The notes beneath the pieces were generated by a model. That model did no database searches and was not told the origin of the DNA. It saw only the letters and a program-made list of their open reading frames with translations. Positions 11,687-23,345 of a stretch of 64,000 nt of DNA are shown in pieces; positions within the stretch are counted from its first letter, which is position 1, and each line of letters begins with the position of its first letter. A program made the position numbers and the translations under genes. The stretch comes from Rhynchobatus australiae (Eukaryota). The stretch is taken from assembly GCA_034780895.1 (NCBI GenBank), contig JAUZTB010000107.1:92928510-92992509 (forward strand), read 5' to 3'.

Positions 11687-14600
11687 GAGGGAATCCAAGG
11701 GGAATTTTACCAAACCCCAGGCTTGATTCCTTGTCCAATTTTATGCACCACTAAAATTGGGCAGGTGTATGACTCATGATCCACCTATCCAACTTGTTAG
11801 TTGCCAGCAGTACCCCTACTGGTTATGCACGTAAATGGGGTTTCTGCCTCAATCATTGCAAATTTACAGAGGGAACTCTGAATAAACTTCTGCCCAACAG
11901 ATGTCACCTCAGATTGTAGCTAATTTAAACTACAGTTCATTCAATAAGTGAACTCAAATGTTTATTTTTATATACCAAATGTAGCCAAGGCATTTCCAAT
12001 CCTAGAGCAGATGACAATGTAGCCCACAGAGACAAATAGCTCAATGTTAGCCCACAACTAACTAAACTCGGTCTTTTAATGCTCATTACTCTGACCAATT
12101 AAAGACACAAGCCTAGAAGTTTACTCAATCAATTCCATTAAATGCCCAATGCAGCTGCTTCAGCACATCATATGCTATCTCTGAAATTCATTCTATTATA
12201 ATGTGCCAAGGAGACTCATAAATACATGGAGTGTCAGAGTCATAACCTATGTCGTACTTTATTAGCCGATATTTTTCTCTTATACAATGTGGTTATTCAT
12301 TCATTAATGAGTTCCTGCTCGGCATTAACTGGCTGCTACTCTTCCATAGTAGGCTAGATCACACTGATCCCAGTTTGACCTTTGTGGTCACTGCCCGCGC
12401 AAGTCCCAAGGCCACACTAAATTTTTGCAGCTGTGTGGCTTTGAACACACTGCTGGCATCACTGCGGCAACTGTTCTGTGAGCCACAGTGGGCTGCAAGT
12501 GATGAGTGGACACAGACTGTGGGAACTAAGGCCATGGCCATGGATCATCCTGATGGCTTCTGGTCACAAAAAGTTGAAACAAACATAATACAAATAAAAA
12601 TACACGGATAAGCAATCCATGCCAACCTTGTAATTGAAGGCTGGTGAGCTCATTCAAATGAATTGGCTGTGCTGGTGTATGACTGAACCACCAGGCATGA
12701 TTCAGCTCGGGAATATATTTAACACTCCTGGACTCATTTGTGAAACCATAGTGGAGTGAGGGGTTAGATAAAAATGCCACTGACGTCCAGTGTATTCCAG
12801 GATTCTATGCTACTGCATAGCAAGTTGCAGTTCTCTATGGAAGCACAAGCTGGCTGTCAGTATGTTCTGCCCATTCTGGCTACACAGAGACACACCTCTG
12901 AAGAGCAATGTCCTTCCTGCAAATTGTCCTGTTGTCCTCTCCATTACAAGAATATGTTTCTCTAACATTTCTGACCCACTGACTCTAACATTCTTCTGCT
13001 TGTCTCTATACATTTGTTATCATCTCTTAATGTTGTTGTGCATCTTCAGTATTCTCTTTTTCAACAAACTTCATCCAGATCATATCATGCATCACACAGA
13101 TCTGTATTTGAACTCCCCACAATCAACAGAACAGCTGAGTAATCTCCCTTTATCACTCTTTTTGGCACAGGAACCTTACCAAACTGCTGGTCACATAGCA
13201 ACAATGGCTATCTACATAGAAAACCATTACACACCAATACTATTCACTCATTCTGGAAATGAGCTCCAAACAATAATTGCCTCTTTTCATAAGAAGATAA
13301 CAACACTAGCTGAAGTGTTATCCCAAACCGTCCCTGCATGTATGTAATTGTAATGGTTACAGGCCTCACATATTGCATTGAACAAAAATAAAAGTATTTT
13401 AGAAGTGATTTAATTCCAGCAGTAATTGCAACTGGCTTTAGTTTTTTTCTACATTAGTAGATCAGAAGACATGCCAATAGTTTCCCCCCACTTCAAGAAA
13501 TCCTTTCGTGGTTGGACAAACTTATCTGAAGTTTTGCAGAGCAATTGTTCCACATCCCTTTCTGTGGCATTCATCCAAACTTTCCTTTTTTTCCTTGTTT
13601 TCTTTAAAAGGTGCTTAAAGTATTTGACAACAGTAGCTGAAAAAGCACCAGCTATCACTCAATAGGTCACCAGTATAATGACTGTGTTCCACAGAATAGA
13701 CTATTCAGATAAGCATTAAAGGTGCTGACCTGTCCTTGCCAATACACAACATACCAATATAAATGGTCAAAGACATAAATGTGTGTGNNNNNNNNNNNNN
13801 NNNNNNNNNNNNNNNNNNNNNNNNNNNNNNNNNNNNNNNNNNNNNNNNNNNNNNNNNNNNNNNNNNNNNNNNNNNNNNNNNNNNNNNCAGATACACACAT
13901 GTAGCAAGATTCAAATACTGGCACCTCAATTTCTGTGCACAAGGTGAATCAAGAGAGCTGGGGATAGGTAAGAAAGTGAATAATGCTCAAGTTTGACTTC
14001 AACATTGAAATCAAATAATATTCAACATTGAATGGCAAGAGGTGTTCTATTGTATTACTGCTTTTATTTTTATTTTTGTATGTTATTATTTCACATAAAA
14101 CTAAAATTATGAGTACACATGACTCAGATACAAAAAAGTCTAAATATATACATACAAATAAAGCTCCAAACACACAAAAACATATACAATAATTTCAACT
14201 CTGATCAGACTACTTGGCGTTTATTGAGCCTTCTAATTCTAATTAAAGAGGTTATGAACACAGAAATGGAACTGGTGAATCATGTTAAGCCTGCCAAAGG
14301 ACAAAGGTAGCAGGAGTTTGCTCTGAAGGTGGAAAGGACTTCCCAAAAGGTGGTAAAAATGGGTACCACCTAGCTGGAAAGGCCAATAGCACAGTTGTGG
14401 ATTATAGTAGCAACCTTAAAGTCCATTTTATATGACTGCTGTGGTACTTAGTAGGAGGCTGTTTTCCTGTGAATTTATTCCAAGAGATATGCAGCCAGTT
14501 CTGTCAGCCAGCTGTATCATGCCTTCTGATCGAGGCTCAACGCAGCAGTGAGAAGTGCTACATAAACATCATGTAACTGTGTGATGTTGTCAGCCTGTAA

Positions 14601-14835
14601 CATTATGGTTGTTGTGTCACGAGATAATGTTGCTGCTGGTGCAATTAGACCAGTAATAGGTAATAAGACGACTTAGGAAAAGAACCTAGCCCTTGTGGTT
14701 GTGCATTTCAGCTGCTGAAACTCTGGGCCTTGGAGTGTTACCAACATTTAGGATTGCCTCAGAGTCTGCAGCACTGAATGGCAATCTCCCAGACAAGGCT
14801 CCAGAAATCCAAAAGGAAAATCACAAAGGTAACTA

Positions 14836-14993
14836 AGACACAAGAGAGACTGCAGATCCTGGAAATCTGGACAAACACACAAAATGCTGGAGGAACTCAG
14901 CAGGTCAGGCAGCATCCATGGAGGGAAATGAACCGTCGACATTTCAGGCTGAGACCTTTCATCGGGGTCCTGATGAAGGGTCTCAGCCCGAAA
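14836..14993. mobile_element. PLE-derived fold-back insertion with two divergent hammerhead motifs; right arm lost in gap
   Basis: tttcaggctgagacctttcatcgggg|tcctgatgaagggtctcagcccgaaa is an inverted repeat; CTGATGA at 14970-14976 and GAAA at 14990-14993. Confidence 0.8.
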
Positions 14994-15254
14994 NNNNNNN
15001 NNNNNNNNNNNNNNNNNNNNNNNNNNNNNNNNNNNNNNNNNNNNNNNNNNNNNNNNNNNNNNNNNNNNNNNNNNNNNNNNNNNNNNNNNNNNNNNNNNNN
15101 NNNNNNNNNNNNNNNNNTGAAAGACGATGAAACCCTCATGAAAATGTTGAACAAGAGCAGTGGAAATGGAAGACCAAAGATCCATATAAAATCAACATCT
15201 TCAAGAGCATTACACATAAAGAATTTCTCTGAAATGTTCTCTGAAGTGCCAGCC

Positions 15255-15356
15255 AAATGCTGGCAAATGGCACTAGTTTGGATGGGGCAGCTTGGTCAGG
15301 ATGTACCAGATGGGCCAAAGGGCCTGTTTTCATGCTGTATAACTCTGTGACCCTAT
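15255..15356 (+). mobile_element. CR1/HER1-like 3' tail
   Basis: gatgggccaaagggcctgttttcatgctgtataactctgtgac. Confidence 0.6.
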
Positions 15357-17429
15357 GTTACCTTGGCCAATATTGATACATTGAGTGAGGACCAGCGCTG
15401 CACAAAGTCTTGTAAAAGGCAAAAGGTCCATGAAAACAGAAGTATTTTCCTAATCATTTATTCTTTTATTTGCAGGGGATGATCTGAATCACCTCAGACT
15501 TGCCAACATACCACAAGGTTTGGAACATGAAGGTGTCATGTTCCAGCTCCTCTCCTTAATAACAAAAGAGTCAATGAGCAGATTTTCAATGTATTGGCTT
15601 TTACCTGGTTTTGGTTTCATCACAGAGCAGTAAATAAGCCCAGAGAAGCAGGAGCCATTCTCTGCTCAATGCAATTACTGATATTAGCATCAGAACAGCT
15701 AATAGCAATCTGGTGTAGCATGAAGAAATATATATTCTATTCCACAGTGTATTACAATTTGCAGATCCTTCTGGCAACTTTCAACACCGCCATCACAGTT
15801 ATTACCTGAGGGCTTCGAGGGACTTCCAGCCACAATTGAAAGTAATGGCACATTTTAATTTAACACACATTTATCTTTCTCCTTCATATTTATTTCCCCC
15901 TATTTGTCTAAGTCTTGTGTTTTTTTCTAGCCTGCACCCAGTGCTCTACTTACTATATCAGCTTCTTCAGCCCTCCAAGCCCCAAGAATGTGATTGCCTA
16001 GCAACTGGAATGTGTGGCAGCCATCTTGATCTGGTTTTGGCTTTAGCCAGAGTTGATGGAGCTGGAGATCACTTCTGGGTGAAATTGGACCAGGGATTGT
16101 GATGAATTCACGGTGGCATGCCTGAGATTTTCACGGGTCGAGCAAAGCAAAATTAACGTAATGCATGTTTCCTGTCAATCTGACATAAATTAGAGCAGAA
16201 AGCTCGACATGCTAGTGTTACTTTGTTGCTTTCTTTGGCTACTTAAGGGGAAATTATGCAGATGATGCATAAAGTCCCTGCTATGTAGGTCCACCTGCAT
16301 TGAAAGTAACATATGAATGAATGAATCCCTGCTCTAAATACTTCAATGGATTGTCATAACATCTCAGTTTTTCCTGATGAATTTTGCATCCCTTGGAGGA
16401 CTAAGATCTCTGCATAAAATGTGTTTACAATGAGAAACTTTGCTCTCCAGATGTAACTAGAAACATAGAAAAACTATGGCACAATTCAGGCCCTTCGGCC
16501 CACAAAGCCGTGCCAATAAGCTAGATCGAGTAAGATCATGACATTTCTTGCAGCATTGCTCCATTGTGTGGGGATTCTTTGTTCCTGGGAGAGATCACTG
16601 TAGCCCTTCTTACTGGGCTCTTCTTATGACTGGTCTGCTGAGTCTCCTGCCCCAGCCCTCTCTCACCCCCAAACTTCCCCAGAGCACAGGACTTTCCTCC
16701 TACCATGTAGCTCTTTGGACAGAGCTTGCATGTCACATTGAGTAATTATGGAAACTATCTCCCATTGTTCAGCAGCTTCAGTCTCCTTCAAGGCAGCCAA
16801 ACTGCGTATTGCTGAAATAAGGTTGCCATGCAGAGTGTGCCTTCAAGGGCAGGTGCCCTTCTGTGATGACATGTGAGTGAAAATGGATGAGATCCCTTCA
16901 GGTATCACCCAGTCCCATTTTATAACTTGTTTCTGGTTCTAAACCACCCTAACTCTATTTCAAACTGGATTATGTCACATTTTTCCAGGAAACTCTCTTG
17001 GGCATTAGTATTAAATGCAGCCATGTTACAACAGACAAAAAATGAGTTCAATCCAATTTCTGAGCATATGCTTTCTGATTCTGACCCCTTCTATTTGTGG
17101 ACTTGCTTTTTAAGCTGTCTTGGTCCTAAGGTTCAAAGTTCTCTCCTTGATCTTTTTATCTCATGTCTACCTAACTTTAAGATGGTCCTTAACACCTGTC
17201 TCTTAGGACCACAAATAAGAAATTAGGACAGGTGATCAAATGGTTTCTCAGGGTTAATGCTTGTCTAATAACATTCCTCTGAAGTGCTTGGGGTGTATTG
17301 TCACATTAATGGAGCAATATAAATACAAGTCACTGCAATGTTTAACCTTGGCTACCAAGCAGGTGTATTTAAACTGCACAATTAGGGAGGTGCAGCGTCC
17401 AGATATTGCACATCCTCGAATCCACCCCC

Positions 17430-17715
17430 TGTCATGGTTCTGGGTTCTGGCCCTCAATTTGGCTCCTTTAATGCCTTGTTGTCCAGCACATGGATTCCAT
17501 GCTGNNNNNNNNNNNNNNNNNNNNNNNNNNNNNNNNNNNNNNNNNNNNNNNNNNNNNNNNNNNNNNNNNNNNNNNNNNNNNNNNNNNNNNNNNNNNNNNN
17601 NNNNTCCAGCTGCTGCTGGTGTTTGGTCCTGAGGAATTATCCTGACTCCAGTCCTGTACCAGTGTACTGCATTTTGGGTTCTCTGTGAGCTTGCTCTTTG
17701 CTGAACATTGTGACA
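17430..17715 (+). mobile_element. Solo LTR (Gypsy-like), internal gap
   Basis: TGTCAtggttctgggtt…ctgcattttgggttc…attgTGACA, flanked by C-runs on both sides (cccc TSD). Confidence 0.75.
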
Positions 17716-17811
17716 CCCCCCTCCCCACCTTTCCTTTTAGGAGTTGTCTAGTCACTGCTTGATATACTAAACCTTGAAAGCAGGAAGTGGTGGCTGGAGG
17801 ACAAATTTTGA

Positions 17812-18128
17812 GGGGGTGCAGCTTGTAGAGCTGCTGTCTCACAGCTCCAGTGAGTTCAATCCTGATCTCTGATGCTGTCTGTGTGGAATTTGCTCATTCT
17901 ACCTGTGACTGTGTGTGATTTCCCCTGGCATGCCAACAGGAATGCAAATTGATAAGCTAATTGGCCACTATAAATTGCCCCCATTCTGTAGGTGAGTGGT
18001 ATTATGGGAGAATTTATTGCGATTTTGGTGAGAATATAATGGGATTAGTGTAACTGGGTGCTAGATGGGTGATCCAGACCATAGGTGATGATGGGTTAAA
18101 GGGTGTGATTCCCTCTGTCTGACTCTGT
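17812..18128 (+). mobile_element. HE1/V-SINE-like element
   Basis: tRNA-like head gtagagctgctgtctcacagctccag…gttcaatcc; V-domain-like gctgtctgtgtggaatttgc; ctaattggccactataaattgcccc. Confidence 0.75.
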
Positions 18129-18834
18129 GGTATGTCCACCTATTACATGTGGCAAGATTTTATCACTTTCATATCTAAAACCTATTGTTAAAAGCCGGGT
18201 GACCCAGCTGATCAGAAAACAGAATCTGTACCTTGCAGAGATTCTCATTTCCATGAGAAAAATGGAAGAATTATAACGGGAATTTTCACAGCACTGTCAC
18301 ATGGGGAATACAATGTGTTTGCTTGAAAATCCTCACATGCTGGTATTAAAAATGTTCCCAACTGGGTATAATATTTCAGGAGTGGAAAGAATTCTTCTAC
18401 TGCACACACTCCTCACCGAACCAAATGAACATTATTCACTTGAATGTGTCATCTGTTCTTTGGTTTCTTTGATGAATGCATTGAAGACCACATTCCTGGA
18501 AAACCAGTTGGTGGGACATTGTGCCCCAAGTAGGAGTCCACATTGATTGAATGTGTGTCAACTGTAATAGCCTCAGTAAAACAGAAGAGATGCTCTCTTT
18601 AGTCATAGTTATTCTAAAGCAAAATAAATGTGTAATTTNNNNNNNNNNCACATTCATTTAGAATGTTTCTTTTCACTTTTATGTCGTAAGGAGATTAAAA
18701 ACACATGTTTGCTGATCTGGGTAACTAATACACAAGATTTAGTAACCTGCAGAATGAGTTTTAGGCCTAGGACACTCCTCAGAGTTTTTGTAACATCTGA
18801 TTTATGTGTTCATGTTGTTGACCTCACTCATTAG

Positions 18835-19190
18835 TAGTACCCTAGGCTCAGTCAGGAAGTTAAGGGTCCAAGCCCTGCTCCAGAATGTTTATTTGGCTGG
18901 CAGTACTAAACAAGTGCTGTACAGACATGGGATCTGTCTTTCAGATGTGACATTAAACTGAAGTCTTTTCTTTCTATTTCAAGTGGATTAAGGGGTTCGA
19001 AGTCACAACTTGGAAGAGCAGCTGACTTGCTCGGCAATATTTCATCCTCAACTAACACCATCAATAACAGAACAACCAGCCTTTTATCTGCCTGGCTAGC
19101 TATATATGGGTTCAATCAGTGCACCACCCAGCAGTTGTGTTTTCATAAATTACTATAAATGTACTCAATTCTAAATAAAAAGTGATTTTA
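18835..19190 (+). mobile_element. DeuSINE (SacSINE1-like) copy
   Basis: gtcaggaagttaagggtccaagccc…tctttcagatgtgacattaaac…caatatttcatcctcaac; homologous to 41000-41400 and 50310-50675. Confidence 0.6.
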
Positions 19191-19849
19191 TTATAGCAAG
19201 TAGGTAGAATGCTTATCAATTGGTCAGTAACCAAAAACATAGAATTAGATAGGCAAAAGGACCTGAGGGTGGATGAGGAGAAATCTGTTGTCATAACCCA
19301 ATAGAAATATATTAGTAATTCACCTGCAAGTAATTTCTGAATGCTGGAAGCTGTTCACTGCTAGGTGCTAAGTGCTTCGTCATTTGTGTCTGATTGGAAG
19401 AGGGTTCTAGCAAGAGTTGAATGCTAATTTGGCTGCCCTCGTATCAATTCAGCATTGCTTGCTGACCAACATCATAACCTGCCTCCTTTATATGTATTCC
19501 TGTTTATCAATATGGTGGTCCAGTGCCATTTACCATATAAATGTGCACAGATCAAATGCGACTTTGGAACTAATTCAAAGGCTCAAATTACATGCCAAGG
19601 CACTGGATTACATGTCTNNNNNNNNNNNNNNNNNNNNNNNNNNNNNNNNNNNNNNNNNNNNNNNNNNNNNNNNNNNNNNNNNNNNNNNNNNNNNNNNNNN
19701 NNNNNNNNNNNNNNNNNNNNNNNNNNNNNNNNNNNNNNNNNNNNNNNNNNNNNNNNNNNNNNNNNNNNNNNNNNNNNNNNNNNNNNNNNNNNNNNNNNNN
19801 NNNNNNNNNNNNNNNNNNNNNNNNNNNNNNNNNNNNNNNNNNNNNNNNN

Positions 19850-20650
19850 GACTGCCAATGTTGGAATCTGGAGCAAAAAACAAACTGCTGGAGGAACTCA
19901 GTGGGTCAGGCAGCATCTGTGGAGGGAAATGGACAGTCAACATTTCAGGCTGAGGCCCTTCATCTGGAAGGGACCAAGACCCTCTGTTGAAAGTATCCTG
20001 ACTAGTTGCATCATGGTCTGAAACTACAATTCGAAGGCACAGGAATGTAAGAAGCTGCAGGGTGTAGTGGACTCAGCCCAATACATCTCGGGTACATAAC
20101 GCCCCATCATCAGTGGTATCTACAGAAGGTGCTGCCTCAAAAAGACAACATCTATCATCAAAGGTCCCCACCATCTGGACCATGACATCTTCTCACCATC
20201 GCTACCATTGAGCACAGGTACAGAAACATGAATTCCCACACCACCAGGTTCAAGATCAGCTACTTCCTTTCAAACATCTACATTCAGTTCTTGAACCAGC
20301 CTGCACAACTCTAATCACTACCTCAGTATGGCAACACTATGTGTATGGACTTTGGTTTTTGTTCTAATTGTATTCATGCTTGTATAATTTTGTATAATTT
20401 ATTTTTCTCTTGTAAATGTTGTGTATAGTATCTGATGCTATGTGCCTGTGATGCTGCTGCAAGTAAGTTTTTTGTAGTACCTGCACATACATGTACTTGT
20501 GAATATGACAATAAACTCGACTTTGAACTTCGACCTTGAAGGGTCTTAACCCGAAATCCATTGCCCTCCACAGATGCTGCCTGACCCACTGAATTCCTCC
20601 AACAGTTTGTTTTTTTGAACATGACCTTAGCATCCTTCTCCTGTCTCAAT
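19850..20650. mobile_element. PLE fold-back element (arms ~19850-19966 and ~20538-20650) split by a LINE
   Basis: caaactgctggaggaactcagtgggtcaggcagcatctgtggaggg versus ccctccacagatgctgcctgacccactgaattcctccaacagtttg (inverted). Confidence 0.75.
19973..20537 (+). mobile_element. Rex1/Babar-like LINE 3' fragment
   Basis: Encodes SVESILTSCIMV…KKLQGVVDSAQYI; ends with aataaa plus a short tandem tail; gaaggg on both flanks. Confidence 0.7.
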
Positions 20651-21328
20651 AAAGCCAACTGTGCTTGCCATTCCTATGCAGCCCCCAATCCAAGTACTGA
20701 CTATGCCTGAGCCAGTTTGCTTCTAAAAGCAGTAAGGATCAGCCATTTCCAGACTAGTACCAACAGGCCAGGGTAAGTAACTAGGGCGAAACCACTTGCA
20801 TGCCTATACCATCTTTCACATCCTTAGGACGTTCCAAAATACTCCACAGTAAATGAGTTACCTTTTGAAATGTAGTCACTGCTGTTTCTGTAGCCAAATG
20901 TGGCAGCCAATTTGAGATGAGTCTTCAGTTAGTGTTGAAGAAAGGAGTACCACTGGAAAGTTTAGGATCTAGAGTCCAAAGTACTGTTGAACTCTTTTTG
21001 GGTGAATTATTCTAGTTTTGAGCCTGCAATTTTTTTGTTGTTTTTACAATAATTTGTAACAATGACCTCAAACCCAACACGAAAGAATTCCAGGATCTCC
21101 TCTCATCTCCCTGGTCCTCAGCAGTAATTACATCTCATTAATGCTATCGTGAACACTTTCAAATTTTCCCACATTCTTGCTTTGCAAAGGTTAGTTCACC
21201 AACAGTATTAGTTCAAAGCATTTTAGTAAATATCCTAATTGCTGCTTTAGACTCGACTCATTTTATAAAGTTAGAGGGCTTGGCAAGATCAAGCTTCAGT
21301 CCATTAAAAAAATGCCAAGTCCTTTCAC

Positions 21329-21345
21329 AGTTCAGAAAGAGTTCA
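21329..21345 (+). promoter_or_regulatory. Perfect DR5 retinoic acid response element motif
   Basis: AGTTCA-gaaag-AGTTCA (RGKTCA-n5-RGKTCA). Function untested. Confidence 0.5.
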
Positions 21346-22424
21346 ATCCTGTGAAAGGCCCATTTGTATATTTAAGAACACTTAAATAATTGTATAATTT
21401 TAATAATCATTTAATTTTGCTGCCATGTAATCAAGGCTGCAGTTAGCGTAACTTCCTGCATGAAATTTCTAACCAATGAGCCTGAATGGGTGTATTTTGT
21501 GCTAAGCAGCAGAAAGCTGCAAAATATATTGACCTTTTCCTTCCTCCCTTCTTTAAAGATCACGTTGTTATCTTTTTAACTTTCAACAGGTTTATTTCCA
21601 CTCTAATACTCAGTCGTCCTACGCTCAGTGGCCTGCTACTTGGCAAATGCTTCGAATTGAGTTTGCTATCACTGGGCACAGCTAGACCCTGGTTGCTGTT
21701 GAGTTCCTTCGTAGCAAATTCACAAGATTCCTCTTTTATTGAAGTGGTTTGTACAAAGCAGGGCCTGAAAAATCTCTTGCCAAAGCATCCAGTCAACTTT
21801 CCAAACATCCTGTTTTTACTACATTAGGTTCATTATTATGTAGCTTTCAAGCTTATTTATCACAAGGCTAGGTAGTGCCGAGGGAATCCCTCAAAGTATT
21901 TGCATGGTCAACTGACTATATACTTGTGTGTGTACTTCTGTTTTACTAAGAAAAGCAATGAAGAGTCTCAAAAGAATCTGCTCTCTTTTACAGAATGCTG
22001 CATTTAAGAAGCAGGGTCTGTTTGGAGATAAGGATTAATTTACTTACTTTGCCTGTAGTTCTGAAATTATAAGCACACAGAGGAGATATCTTTGATGTAA
22101 AGGAATATTTCCCTTCCCATTTTCAAAATCATAATTTGTTTAATAATCCAGAGAGGGTTGGCTTCATGTCCACTTCTTCATATTGTTGTTAAATCTCACA
22201 GGTGTCCTTTGTGATTTTAAGCATTCCTTAAAGCAATTGTTCTGGCACCTACACAGACCATTTGGCCCATCAGTCTATGCAAGAAGAGGTGGCATTATAG
22301 ACTGCAGAAACTTGGGATGGTTTCAAGGGCTCTTAGATTCTATTATTCACTCTTCTGAACTATTTCAGTTTGACTAGGAAAGGGGCTAAAGCTCATTGGC
22401 AACTATAAATGCAAAGACTTACAA

Positions 22425-22602
22425 AATGGAGCAATAAACAATCTGCTAGAGGAACTCAGCAGATCGAGCAGCATCTGGTCCTGCTGTAGGTTTTTGACCC
22501 AAAATGTCAACAATTCCTTCCCCCCCACCACAGATGCTGCTCATTTCTGCTGAGTTCCTCCAGCAGATCGTGTTTTTTTTTTCTCCAGATCCCAGCATCT
22601 GC
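22425..22602. mobile_element. PLE-derived fold-back insertion, decayed hammerhead
   Basis: ctgctagaggaactcagcaga…gagcagcatctg versus cagatgctgctc…tctgctgagttcctccagcag. Confidence 0.7.
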
Positions 22603-22904
22603 GGGCGTTCAATTTTGTGGGTGCTCGGAGATAGCAGAATATTTCCTCATGTTTACCAAGTCTGACTTTTGATCTAAGTNNNNNNNNNNNNNNNNNNNNN
22701 NNNNNNNNNNNNNNNNNNNNNNNNNNNNNNNNNNNNNNNNNNNNNNNNNNNNNNNNNNNNNNNNNNNNNNNNTATGGAAGCAAGCCCTGAGATTATGACA
22801 ACCAACCAAGAATACATTTACATTAAACCTCTGTAAATTACTTCCTATATTCTAACTAACTGTTCCCCCCACCCCAACCCCACCACCACCACAACTAGAT
22901 TTTG

Positions 22905-23345
22905 CATCCTACTACCCAAGGGGCAATGTGTTATCAGACTCTTGAATGGATCCCTTGTATGATAAAGATGAACTCTTGATCTCACAATCAACCTCATCAT
23001 GGCCCTTGCACCTTATTGTCTACCTCACTGTAACTGTAACACTATACATTCGGCACTCTGTTACAGCTTTTCACTTTGTATGACCTCGGTGTACTTATGT
23101 TTTGAAATGATCTGTATGGATGGCATGCAAAACAAAGCTTTTCACTGTATCTTGGTTTTGACAATAATAAGCCAGTTACCAATTTACAGTGACCAATTAA
23201 GCTATCAACCTGCAAATCTTTGGGATGTGGGAGGAAACACACAAGGAGAACGTGTAAACCCCACACAGACAGCACCAGAGGTCGGGATTGAACCCAGACT
23301 GCTGGAGTTATGAGGTAGCTGCTCTACTTGCTGCACCACACTGCC
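22905..23345 (-). mobile_element. HE1/V-SINE-like element interrupted by a LINE 3' end
   Basis: tgggatgtgggaggaaac…cacacagacagcacc…gggattgaaccc is the reverse V-SINE; split at ggggcaat|ttacagtg. Confidence 0.7.
22928..23179 (+). mobile_element. LINE 3' UTR fragment (Rex/Babar-like) nested in the SINE
   Basis: ttatcagactcttgaatgg…aaagcttttcactgtatcttgg…gacaataataa; caat duplicated at 22924-22927 and 23180-23183. Confidence 0.6.

Noticed and set aside
11387-17715. A single 6.3-kb transposon with long terminal inverted repeats
   Set aside because: Each repeat has its own TG…CA ends and TSD, and no transposase or gag-pol lies between them.
21321-21358. Paired RBPJ/CSL (SPS) site
   Set aside because: TGTGAAA is non-consensus and the orientation is opposite to a Notch dimer site.
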